Shown: in pieces, positions 1-8,062 of the stretch
Layout of the letters: every line of letters starts with the position of its first letter
Numbering within the stretch: the stretch's first letter is position 1
Assembly (NCBI GenBank): GCA_007376485.1
Contig: VMGJ01000004.1
Location: forward strand, 6,717 to 70,716
Reading direction: 5' to 3'
Length of the DNA: 64,000 nt
Source of the DNA: Parcubacteria group bacterium Licking1014_17
GTDB taxonomy: Bacteria > Patescibacteriota > Minisyncoccia > 2-02-FULL-40-12 > IGHO2-01-FULL-4-A
The notes under the pieces: generated by a model
Database searches by the model: none
The model's input: only the letters and a program-made list of their open reading frames with translations
Told to the model about the DNA's origin: nothing
Position numbers and translations under genes: made by a program

Positions 1-10
1 TAAAATAAGC

Positions 11-211
11 GTGGCGGTGGTTAAGCTGGCTTCCCCCCTCAAGGTTGGCGATGGGGTGAAGGCAAAACACGGCGACAGCGAATTTGAGTTTGCGGTAGAA
101 TCGATGCAGGTTGAGCACGAGGATGTTAAATCAGCCAAAAAGGGCGAGGAAGTGGCGATAAAGTTTCCTCAAAAAGCGAAAGAAGGCTGGGAATTGTTCG
201 CCGCCGAGTAG
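11..211 (+). CDS. small beta-barrel-like hypothetical protein; reading frame is open to the window edge, so it may be the C-terminal part of a longer translation-factor-like protein
   Basis: ORF track; no in-frame stop between position 2 and 11; alternating hydrophobic pattern resembles an EF-Tu domain-2-type barrel. Confidence 0.3.
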   Translation: MAVVKLASPLKVGDGVKAKHGDSEFEFAVESMQVEHEDVKSAKKGEEVAIKFPQKAKEGWELFAAE

Positions 212-246
212 CGAATAAGAAAATAGAAATTACGTTTTTTTGGCGC

Positions 247-320
247 GGGCGCGTAGCTCAGTTGGTTAGAGCGACTCGTTGACGTCGAGTAGGTCCCCCG
301 TTCGAATCGGGGCGCGCCCA
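247..320 (+). tRNA. tRNA-Val (anticodon GAC)
   Basis: Manual cloverleaf: acceptor gggcgcg/cgcgccc, D-stem gctc/gagc, anticodon stem actcg/cgagt with loop ttGACgt, T-arm ccccg-ttcgaat-cgggg; CCA not encoded. Confidence 0.8.
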
Positions 321-391
321 CAGGTTATAGTTTTCGGTGCGCTCGTGAGGTCCCTCCCTGAAATTTTTAACATATATAAATATAAATTATT

Positions 392-688
392 ATGGAACAA
401 GAAAAACGCCGAGTAGAGCAGGAGAAAGAAAGAGTGTATTTTACGCCCGAAGAAATGGAAGTAGAATCAGCCGCATCCAAGGCGGCTCACATAATGGTTG
501 ATATGAAATTGGCAAAGCCAGTAGTGACTTACGATGAAAAACAATCGATAAAGCGGATTGAAATAATCGACAAAAAAGATAAGAAGCTTTTGCTTTTTGA
601 GGATATAGAATTAATCAATAAGGCGATGAAGGAAGCATCCGAATTACTTGAGAAATCCAAACCACGCGAGAGAGGGATGGACAATTAA
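392..688 (+). CDS. hypothetical charged/coiled-coil small protein
   Basis: ORF between two tRNAs, K/E-rich; no recognisable motif. Confidence 0.35.
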   Translation: MEQEKRRVEQEKERVYFTPEEMEVESAASKAAHIMVDMKLAKPVVTYDEKQSIKRIEIIDKKDKKLLLFEDIELINKAMKEASELLEKSKPRERGMDN

Positions 689-700
689 TAATTAAATAAT

Positions 701-772
701 GCCGGACTAGCTCATCGGTAGAGCGCTGCCCCGAAGAGGCAGGCGTGCCCAGTTCGACTCTGGGGTCCGGCA
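701..772 (+). tRNA. tRNA-Phe (anticodon GAA), atypical anticodon loop ccGAAga (C33, G37)
   Basis: Acceptor gccggac/gtccggc, D-stem gctc/gagc, anticodon stem ctgcc/ggcag, T-arm cccag-ttcgact-ctggg. Confidence 0.6.
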
Positions 773-800
773 CAGAAAAAATAAACCAAGGCATTATTAT

Positions 801-871
801 GCGGGTATCGTATAGCAGCAGTACGGCACCTTGCCAAGGTGCTAGCACGGGTGCAAATCCCGTTACCCGCT
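801..871 (+). tRNA. tRNA-Gly (anticodon GCC), short D-loop and 4-nt variable loop
   Basis: Acceptor gcgggta/tacccgc, anticodon stem gcacc/ggtgc with loop ttGCCaa, T-arm acggg-tgcaaat-cccgt. Confidence 0.65.
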
Positions 872-2005
872 CTAGAATTTATGAAAAGAGCTGATCGCTT
901 TTTTTATATTTTTATAGCCATCTTTTTCGAGAAGTTCTACGAGCCCTCTGTTTATTTCGCCGATTAGTTGCGGACCTTCGTAAATCATTCCGGTTATCAA
1001 TTGGACAAGAGATGCGCCTCTTTTGATTTTCTCGTAGGCGTCCTCGGCCGAAAAAATTCCGCCAACGCCGATAATAATCAGTTTTTCACCGCAATATTTT
1101 TTGGTTTCGGAGATTAATTCGTTTGAAATGTTGAAGCACGGCTTCCCGCTGATGCCACCCTTGATGCCGTCCGGAATTTTTTCTTTAAGCAGGGGACTGG
1201 CGTAATTCTTTTCAAGGTTGCCGATGATCACGCCCGTCACCCTGTATCTCATTGCCACATCCAGTAATTTTTTGAACTCGGAAAAGGGGAGAGTGATTGG
1301 CATTTTCAAAAACAAGGGCTTCCCTACCGGTAAAGAAAAAATTTTGGCCAGCAATTTGTCCAGTTTTTCTGGCTCGGCGAACGATTCGCCGCCAAAAGCA
1401 TTCGGACAGGAAATATTAATTTCATAAGCATCGCCTATCCCCTCCTCAATTACTTTTTTGAGGCATTGGCAATAGTCATCAATCCCCGCCTCGTCGGAAA
1501 CGGTTCCGGGCGAATTGGTTTTGCCGACGGAAACAAAAATCGGAAAATCTGGATCCCCCCGCTTTTTCAGTTTTTCGGCGATTTTATCTATGCCTATATT
1601 TTTTAAACCATAATCAACGACCAACGCCTTGGATTTCGGCAAACGCCAAAGCCGATGGCTCGGATTGCCGGCGTAAGGTTTGTTTGTAGCCGTACCCACG
1701 GACATAAAGCCAAAACCGACATCTTCGGCGATATTTGTTATATTGGCATCTTTATCAAAACCAGCGGCTAATCCCACCGGATTTTTAAACTTGATGCCTG
1801 CTATTTCTTGTTCAAGGGCGGGATTTTGGTAATGGAAAAAAAGTCCCACTAAACCCTTTGTGGTCATATTACTCCCCAAAAACGCCCCGAAATGGATGAA
1901 GAAATTATGCATTTTTTCCGGTTTAAAACGGAATAAAACCGGCCGAAGGATGTATTTATATAAAAAACCCATTGTTTTGATTATTGGCGGATTCTCTGGA
2001 AACAA
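872..2005 (-). CDS. pyrD: dihydroorotate dehydrogenase (quinone), class 2
   Basis: 377 aa; N-terminal membrane-association helix, GFDKDA / RLPKS / FMN-binding GVGGI motifs typical of class 2 DHODH. Confidence 0.85.
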   Translation of the reverse strand: MFPENPPIIKTMGFLYKYILRPVLFRFKPEKMHNFFIHFGAFLGSNMTTKGLVGLFFHYQNPALEQEIAGIKFKNPVGLAAGFDKDANITNIAEDVGFGFMSVGTATNKPYAGNPSHRLWRLPKSKALVVDYGLKNIGIDKIAEKLKKRGDPDFPIFVSVGKTNSPGTVSDEAGIDDYCQCLKKVIEEGIGDAYEINISCPNAFGGESFAEPEKLDKLLAKIFSLPVGKPLFLKMPITLPFSEFKKLLDVAMRYRVTGVIIGNLEKNYASPLLKEKIPDGIKGGISGKPCFNISNELISETKKYCGEKLIIIGVGGIFSAEDAYEKIKRGASLVQLITGMIYEGPQLIGEINRGLVELLEKDGYKNIKKAISSFHKF

Positions 2006-2018
2006 CCCACTAAATGCC

Positions 2019-2103
2019 TAGTTTAACAGATATTGACCGTATTTTCCATGAGATATTGACAATTTAAGCCATATATTGCATGGTATTGACAAATAGACCC
2101 TAG
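2019..2103 (+). promoter_or_regulatory. sigma70-type promoter (TTGACA 2075-2080, N17, TATCAT 2098-2103) preceded by four reiterated (A)TATTGAC(A) motifs
   Basis: Seen directly: gatattgaccg (2019), gatattgacaat (2052), atatattgcat (2061), ggtattgacaaat (2072); consensus -35/-10 with 17-nt spacer just upstream of ORF 2183. Confidence 0.5.
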
Positions 2104-2182
2104 TTTGCTATCATATAACCATAAAGTCCTAAGGGGCTTTTTTGTTTGAAAGGTCGCATAAAATAACACTAATTAAAGGCTT

Positions 2183-2749
2183 ATGACTATCAACATGAAC
2201 ATAAAAAAATCAATTTCTTCAATTTTGCTTGTTCTGCTTGTCCCGGGGGGCATTATACCTTTTGTTGATGCCCATACACCCGGCGATACGGCTGAATCAG
2301 CGCTTGGCAATGTGTTGGCGTATATTACCGCCACCCAGTCGCCTACCGGCGATGAGGAAACTGTCGGAGTGAAGCCGAAGATCGTTCAAAATTCATATTT
2401 CGAAACGATTACTTCGCCGAAGATTATTCGCGATCTGCAAGCCCTGCTCAATCCGACTGTCAGAGAAATGACGGTTACGGTTACCGCCTATTCCTCAACT
2501 CCCGGCCAAACCGACAGCACACCGTTTATCACCGCCCGCAATACAATGGTTAGGGACGGCATCGTAGCGGCAAACTTCCTGCCTTTCGGGACCAAAATCA
2601 AAATCCCGGAGAAATTCGGCAACAAGGTATTCGTCGTTGAAGACCGCATGAATTCCCGTTACGACAAGCGTATTGACGTATGGTTTGAAAACACTCAAAC
2701 CGCGCTGGAATTCGGTGTCAAAAATCTCAAAATCCAAATATTGGATTAA
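2183..2749 (+). CDS. secreted 3D-domain protein (MltA/RlpA-like double-psi beta-barrel cell-wall-binding domain)
   Basis: Signal peptide; VTVTAYS...G.T.SG...ARN..VRDGIVAAN...G.KI.IP...VF.VEDRMNSRY.KRIDVWF matches the 3D domain (three conserved Asp). Confidence 0.75.
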   Translation: MTINMNIKKSISSILLVLLVPGGIIPFVDAHTPGDTAESALGNVLAYITATQSPTGDEETVGVKPKIVQNSYFETITSPKIIRDLQALLNPTVREMTVTVTAYSSTPGQTDSTPFITARNTMVRDGIVAANFLPFGTKIKIPEKFGNKVFVVEDRMNSRYDKRIDVWFENTQTALEFGVKNLKIQILD

Positions 2750-2750
2750 C

Positions 2751-2782
2751 AAAAAAACCTTGCCCATGAGCAAGGTTTTTTG
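2751..2782 (+). terminator. rho-independent terminator
   Basis: aaaaaaccttgctcatgggcaaggtttttt-type hairpin (aaccttgc / gcaaggtt) followed by T-run, directly after the stop of ORF 2183..2749. Confidence 0.7.
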
Positions 2783-2808
2783 TTAAGTTTTAAGGTAGCA
2801 TACTTAAT

Positions 2809-2884
2809 GCGCCTGTAGCTCAATTGGAAGAGCGGCAGCCTTCGAAGCTGTAGGTTCCAGGTTCAAGCCCTGGCAGGCGCGCCA
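2809..2884 (+). tRNA. tRNA-Arg (anticodon TCG), CCA encoded
   Basis: Acceptor gcgcctg/caggcgc, D-arm gctc-aattggaa-gagc, anticodon stem gcagc/gctgt with loop ctTCGaa, T-arm ccagg-ttcaagc-cctgg, terminal gcca. Confidence 0.8.
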
Positions 2885-2892
2885 AATTTCCT

Positions 2893-2921
2893 ATTGACAT
2901 AAAAATTATTAAATGTTAGTA
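2893..2921 (+). promoter_or_regulatory. sigma70-type promoter TTGACA-N17-TAGTAT
   Basis: ttgacataaaaattattaaatgttagtat read directly upstream of ORF 2992. Confidence 0.4.
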
Positions 2922-2991
2922 TTTGGATGTTAATTTAGTTATTTCCAAACCAATTTTTTCGTTTTTGGGCCACCGGCCCGGGAGGTGATTT

Positions 2992-3846
2992 GTGAGATTC
3001 TTTAATTGTTTCTTGTTGGCATTTCTGGTTTTTTCTTTGGCTATCCCCCTCCCCCTTGGTGCGGAAATCATCCGAGCCAAGGACCGAAGAGTCCCCCAAT
3101 CGAGCGAGGGTACCATCGAGGTCGCGGGTGCAGGGGCTCCTCAGGCCGCTCCGCCAGCAACAGTTCCCCAAGTCCTTCAGTGGAAACCGTCCATTAGGAG
3201 AACAAACCCCTTTGTCCGCGGTGGGTTCCCGTCGTGGGAATCTGTGAAAAGATTTTCTCAAAGCCAGAAATTTGAGGTCTTCAAGAAAAATCTGCGATCC
3301 TATGAAGGATTCGCCGAAGGAGAATGGGGAAATATCATCGACACGATATCTAGGGGGACCACCAAAAATGTGGTGTTTGTAGAAATACCCCCCGGTATGG
3401 TGGTGCATCAGATGATGAGTGGCACCCGAATGATCCCGGAGGTTCAAGTGGCCGAGAGCCCAGCCCCTGCGTGGGCGATTTATACGGGGTATAGATGGCT
3501 CCTCTTTTTCCAATGTTGCGGGAATATTAGTTGGGTAGGACCGGATAAGATTTCGATACCCTCCCAAGAATTCGAAGAAAAACCCGTGCAGATTGAAAAA
3601 GAACCATCGCCAGTACCGACACCTACGCCCTCTGAGGCGGTTAAACCATCCCGTGTGATAAAAGAGTGGGTCCAGCCACCGCCGTGCGCGACGCACAAGA
3701 AAAGCAGCAAGAAGAAGTGGCTGGCGGCGATCATTGGTGGTGTTGCCATCTCCGCTGGTATTGCTATTGGTACTCGAGGACATGGCGAAAGCCATCCGCT
3801 GGACCCGGTTACTCATACGAACGATCGAGTACCTTCTAGCCATTAA
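2992..3846 (+). CDS. secreted Pro/Arg/Gly-rich hypothetical protein with C-terminal TM anchor (GTG start)
   Basis: RBS ggaggtga 6 nt upstream of GTG; clear signal peptide MRFFNCFLLAFLVFSLAIPLPLGA; competes with an antisense 302-aa ORF (2935..3843), judged spurious because the + frame has SD + signal peptide. Confidence 0.5.
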   Translation: MRFFNCFLLAFLVFSLAIPLPLGAEIIRAKDRRVPQSSEGTIEVAGAGAPQAAPPATVPQVLQWKPSIRRTNPFVRGGFPSWESVKRFSQSQKFEVFKKNLRSYEGFAEGEWGNIIDTISRGTTKNVVFVEIPPGMVVHQMMSGTRMIPEVQVAESPAPAWAIYTGYRWLLFFQCCGNISWVGPDKISIPSQEFEEKPVQIEKEPSPVPTPTPSEAVKPSRVIKEWVQPPPCATHKKSSKKKWLAAIIGGVAISAGIAIGTRGHGESHPLDPVTHTNDRVPSSH

Positions 3847-4053
3847 GCCCTTTTTAAGCCGGCTAACACGAACTCTCCGCGCCCTCTCCTCTCCTAATTT
3901 AAAATGGGATCAAGGAAATCAGCGCCAAGAGTCCGGTTATGCCGGCTTTTTATTTGCCCGTAATTCGGGCTATTTTATTATCAGTAGCCAAGAATTTGCT
4001 TATACCCTGAAATCGTGTTATTTTCCTCCCATTGGCGATATTGTGACATATAC

Positions 4054-4082
4054 TTGACATATATAGAAGCATTTGTTATATT
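4054..4082 (+). promoter_or_regulatory. consensus sigma70 promoter TTGACA(4054-4059)-N17-TATATT(4077-4082)
   Basis: Read directly; about 70 nt upstream of the 1025-aa surface protein gene. Confidence 0.5.
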
Positions 4083-4152
4083 ATATCCAGTTTGATAATA
4101 ACGCATAGATTGGGGTCAAAAAACCACAATTTACGCGGAAAAAGTAAATATT

Positions 4153-7100
4153 ATGAATACCATCAAAAACAGCAAGGTATGGTTTATCGCAGTGCCATTG
4201 GTCGTTCTGGCAATTTTTGCCGTACCAATGCTAATCACGGAGAATGCTAATGCTATCTCCTTTGATACGTTAAATGCCAGGTTTGTTTCCTACGAAAACG
4301 TGCCGACAACTCTTTGCACAGATGAAGTGCATTTGGTCACTATGACCCTGCAAAATACCGGCACCGAAACATGGACTTCGGCCAAAAATATCAGGCTTGG
4401 CTCTCAAAATCCGGAGAACAACAATAACTGGGGATGGACCAGAGTTGACTTGGAAGAGCATGTTGTTGCGCCCAGCCAGCATTTGGTTCTTACTTTTTAC
4501 ATCCGCGCGCCTCTTACCGCCGGAACTTATAATTTCCAATGGGGGATGCTTCAGGAAAATGTTACTTGGTTTGGGGACTACACGGCTAATATGCCAATTC
4601 AGGTAAAAAATTGCGGCACGCCAACTCCTACCCCAACTCCGACACCGACTTCTTCTCCTACCGAATTAAAATGCCCGATTAGCAACGCGGCCAATAGAAC
4701 AATATTTACTTTCCCTGAAAGAAACTCGGAATATATTAGGGCCAACAGGACTCAAGAAGAAGCCACTTTCGGTCCGGATTCATTTAATTTAGCTAGTGGC
4801 ATTTATAAAGTTACTTTGGTGTCTTTTGATTGGCACTCAATTTATGGAGGTCAAAACCAGTCAAACGAACAATATAAAGTAATCCTGAAAAACGGAGGCG
4901 CTACGGTTGCCACCTCCAACGCCAGCGCCGATATTCCGGAAAGTCAGGATTGGCAGACAACGGTTACCAACACCGCGCTCGCGCTAACTGGTGCCGCGAA
5001 TTCAATAACCGCCATTCATGCTTTTTACCCGACTTCCAACGCCAACAGCTTGATTCCAATCTGCGCCGCGTTTGATTTGGTTCAACAGCAACCGGTTTTA
5101 CCTACTGTTAATATTAAGGCCAACGGCTCGGATGGACCTATCACGATTGATTACAATACTTCCACTACTTTGAGCTGGACATCCAAGAATGCCACGAGTT
5201 GTGTCGCTTCAAATGGCTGGAGCGGAACGAAGGCTACCTCTGGTTCCGAATCAACCGGTAATCTAACCTCAAATCACACCTACACTATAACCTGCAGCAA
5301 TGCCAACGGTTCCGACACCGATAGCGTGACTGTTAAAGTAAGGCAGCAAGAGGTTTTGCCCACCGTCGACATAAAAGCCAACGGCTCGGACGGGCCAATC
5401 ACGGTTGACTACAACACATCGGCTAATTTGAGCTGGACTTCAAGCAACGCTACGAGTTGTGTTGCTTCCGATGATTGGTCAGGCAGTAAAGCCACTTCAG
5501 GTTCGGAATCAACCGGTAATCTGACTTCAAATAAAACCTTCACTATAACTTGCAATAATCAATTCGGTTCCGATACCGACAGCGTAACTGTAAAAGTAAG
5601 ACAGGCCACATTGCCTACTGTCGACATCAAGGCCAACGGCTCTAATGGACCGATTACGATTAATTACAACACATCGGCTACCTTAAGTTGGAATTCAACC
5701 AATGCTGACTCTTGTGTCGCTTCAAACGGCTGGAGTGGAAACAAATCTACTTCGGGATCCGAATCAACGGGCAACCTGACCTCAAATAAAACATATACTA
5801 TCACCTGTTCAAATCAGTATGGTTCTGATTCAGACAGCGTAACGGTGAATGTGAGCCAGGCGGTTTTACCTACCGTTGACATTAAAGCTAATAGTTCGGA
5901 TGGGCCTATCACGATTAATTACAACACTTCAGCTACTTTGGGCTGGACATCAACTAATGCTGACAGCTGTGTTGCTTCAAATGGCTGGAGCGGAAACAAA
6001 TCAACCAGCGGCTCGGAATCAACAGGTAATCTAACATCAAACCACGTCTATACTATTACTTGTAGTAATACTAATGGCTCGGCCAGCGATTCTGTAACGG
6101 TTAACGTCCAGAACCAAGTAATACCTACGGTCAATCTTTTGGCTAATGGCTCCCACGGTTCGATTACGATTAATTACAACACTTCGGCTAATTTAAGCTG
6201 GGATTCAACTAATGCCAATTATTGTATTGCTTCAAATGATTGGAGCGGCAGTAAATCAACCAACGGTTCGGAATCAACGGGCAATCTGACAAACACCAGA
6301 ACTTATACTATCACCTGCTACAATAACAACGGCTCCGCCTCCGATTCAGTCACGGTTTACGTTAATAATCAGAACAACTATCCAACTGTTGATTTGCTCG
6401 CCAATGGTTCACATGGCTCAATTACGATTCCGAACAATACTTCCACTACTTTGAGCTGGAGCTCAAGCAATGCCAATACGTGTTATGCTTTCAACGGCTG
6501 GACCGGCACAAAGTCAACTTATGGTTCTGAATCAACCGGCAACTTAACTTACAGCAAGACTTATACAATCTCTTGCAGTAATTCTTACGGCTCCGCCTCC
6601 GATTCAGTCACGGTTAATGTCGGAAATCCCACGGGCCAAGACATGGTCAGCCTCCAGAAATTCGGTTCAAATATTACCCGCGGGCAGAGTGGCGACTACT
6701 CAACCATCACGGTTTACCCGAATGACACCGTCAGATTCGCGATTCACGTTACTTCACTGACTTCCAACACTCTGTATAACGTTAGAATAAGCGATGCCTT
6801 GCCGGCTGGGTTTACTTACGTGAACAGCAGCACGACACTTGACGGCATTCTTGTCAGCGACGGAATCACCAATACCGGCATCAACATCGGCACGTTGACT
6901 CCGAATCAGGAAAGAATTGTCCGTTTTGACGCAAGAGCCGCTTCAGGTTCCGGATTAACGGCTGGCACCTCGTATGTAAGCAATATCGCCTACGCCGACG
7001 CCGATAGTATGAACCGCGTTACGACCCAGCTTTCTATCACGATAGTCAATAGCACTGTTCCTAACGTTCCAACCGGTACTACGGGTACGGTTGCCATGGC

Positions 7101-7230
7101 CTTGGCCCTCGGCGCATTAGTGACTCTTATGTACATGGGCTACACCAGAACCGGCGCCTTCAAAAAGCGCGACGCCCAAAGCATCGCCAGGAAAAACAGA
7201 AACGACAAGAACAAGTTTAACTTCGCCTAA
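4153..7230 (+). CDS. large modular cell-surface protein: signal/TM, NBR1/CARDB-like beta-sandwich domain, TPTPTPTPTPT linker, unknown domain, 6 tandem 84-aa Ig-like repeats, DUF11-like domain, C-terminal sorting signal NVPTGT + TM + basic tail ending KFNFA
   Basis: 1025 aa; repeat consensus LPTVDIKANGSDGPITI.YNTS..LSW.S.NA.SCVAS.GWSG.K.TSGSESTGNLTSN.TYTITC.N..GSDSDSVTV.V; DUF11-like LP.G..YV.GST..DG block; terminal hydrophobic stretch followed by R/K-rich tail. Confidence 0.85.
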   Translation: MNTIKNSKVWFIAVPLVVLAIFAVPMLITENANAISFDTLNARFVSYENVPTTLCTDEVHLVTMTLQNTGTETWTSAKNIRLGSQNPENNNNWGWTRVDLEEHVVAPSQHLVLTFYIRAPLTAGTYNFQWGMLQENVTWFGDYTANMPIQVKNCGTPTPTPTPTPTSSPTELKCPISNAANRTIFTFPERNSEYIRANRTQEEATFGPDSFNLASGIYKVTLVSFDWHSIYGGQNQSNEQYKVILKNGGATVATSNASADIPESQDWQTTVTNTALALTGAANSITAIHAFYPTSNANSLIPICAAFDLVQQQPVLPTVNIKANGSDGPITIDYNTSTTLSWTSKNATSCVASNGWSGTKATSGSESTGNLTSNHTYTITCSNANGSDTDSVTVKVRQQEVLPTVDIKANGSDGPITVDYNTSANLSWTSSNATSCVASDDWSGSKATSGSESTGNLTSNKTFTITCNNQFGSDTDSVTVKVRQATLPTVDIKANGSNGPITINYNTSATLSWNSTNADSCVASNGWSGNKSTSGSESTGNLTSNKTYTITCSNQYGSDSDSVTVNVSQAVLPTVDIKANSSDGPITINYNTSATLGWTSTNADSCVASNGWSGNKSTSGSESTGNLTSNHVYTITCSNTNGSASDSVTVNVQNQVIPTVNLLANGSHGSITINYNTSANLSWDSTNANYCIASNDWSGSKSTNGSESTGNLTNTRTYTITCYNNNGSASDSVTVYVNNQNNYPTVDLLANGSHGSITIPNNTSTTLSWSSSNANTCYAFNGWTGTKSTYGSESTGNLTYSKTYTISCSNSYGSASDSVTVNVGNPTGQDMVSLQKFGSNITRGQSGDYSTITVYPNDTVRFAIHVTSLTSNTLYNVRISDALPAGFTYVNSSTTLDGILVSDGITNTGINIGTLTPNQERIVRFDARAASGSGLTAGTSYVSNIAYADADSMNRVTTQLSITIVNSTVPNVPTGTTGTVAMALALGALVTLMYMGYTRTGAFKKRDAQSIARKNRNDKNKFNFA
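5095..6620 (+). repeat. six tandem ~252-bp coding repeats (Ig-like domain array)
   Basis: Near-identical nucleotide blocks (e.g. ggctcggatgg(a/g)cc(t/a)atcacg, ggttc(c/g)gaatcaac(c/g)ggtaat) recurring every ~252 bp. Confidence 0.85.
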
Positions 7231-7262
7231 ACGGATATCTTAACGTAGGGCGGATTCAGAAA

Positions 7263-7898
7263 ATGAAATCGAGGGTCAGGTTCGCATTGCTATTTCTCAT
7301 TTCCGTTTTACTTCTCGTTATAGTGCTCAACGGGCGGTACTTTTACGCCAACGCGGTTTACTCGCTGAATCAGCCGGTATCCAATTCGACGCCGGCACCG
7401 GAAATCAGGGTGTTCATACCTCCGGTAAAAGAAGTCCCAAACGTAAAGCCTTTGCCCGACAGCGCTACATTGGTGATACCGAAAATCAATGTTTCCGTTC
7501 CTATTGTCTTCGATATCAACGGCAACAGCGAGAAAAGCATATATGACAATCTAAACCGCGGGGCGGTCCATTACTCAAACACCCCCAAGCCCGGCATGCT
7601 CGGAACAGCGATGATATTCGGCCATAGCTCTGATTACATCTGGAAGAGAAATGCCTATGCGTCCGTTTTCGCCCTTCTGGACAAACTGGAACCGGGAGAC
7701 GTGATGTACGTAAAGTACAGCGACGGCAGAAGATTTGATTTCAGGGTTAATCAAAAGATAATATTCGACCCTAATGCCAACGATTGGCGAATCCAAGAAA
7801 TGGCGTCCGCGAAAACGCCGACACTCATGCTGATAAGCTGTTGGCCGGTCGGCACCGCCAGCAAACGCATAGCCGTCGAAGCAATTGGGATTAAATAA
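7263..7898 (+). CDS. sortase-family transpeptidase (membrane-anchored)
   Basis: N-terminal TM; catalytic His in MIFGHSSDY, Cys in TLMLISCWP (TLxTC-like), Arg in SKRIAVEAI; immediately downstream of a substrate-like protein with sorting signal. Confidence 0.75.
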   Translation: MKSRVRFALLFLISVLLLVIVLNGRYFYANAVYSLNQPVSNSTPAPEIRVFIPPVKEVPNVKPLPDSATLVIPKINVSVPIVFDINGNSEKSIYDNLNRGAVHYSNTPKPGMLGTAMIFGHSSDYIWKRNAYASVFALLDKLEPGDVMYVKYSDGRRFDFRVNQKIIFDPNANDWRIQEMASAKTPTLMLISCWPVGTASKRIAVEAIGIK

Positions 7899-7904
7899 GA
7901 CGAA

Positions 7905-7939
7905 CTAAAACATCTCCGCCTCCGGCGGAGGTGTTTTAG
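7905..7939 (+). terminator. rho-independent terminator
   Basis: 14-bp stem aaaacatctccgcc / ggcggaggtgtttt with 3-4 nt loop, followed by T-rich tract, after the sortase stop. Confidence 0.65.
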
Positions 7940-8062
7940 TTTCCGTTAAAATCGGCTGTGGAAACATTATTTTCTGTTTTAATGATATAATAACGGCGAA
8001 CAATCATATTTTTTTTAAAACGGGTGATGCTTTAAAAATAGGCGTAACCCGGGTTTAATGTC

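Noticed and set aside
615-848. 77-aa minus-strand ORF
   Set aside because: Lies entirely over the tRNA-Phe and tRNA-Gly genes; ORF is a by-product of the structured tRNA sequence.
2935-3843. 302-aa minus-strand ORF antisense to ORF 2992-3846
   Set aside because: The + strand ORF has a Shine-Dalgarno (ggaggtga) and a textbook signal peptide; the antisense ORF has neither and is Arg/Gly/Trp-rich in the way antisense frames of GC-rich sequence are.
5095-6620. Regularly spaced ~250-bp repeats considered as a possible CRISPR or satellite array
   Set aside because: Units are 252 bp (84 codons), in frame, and encode a conserved Ig-like domain with two Cys; no short repeat/spacer alternation.
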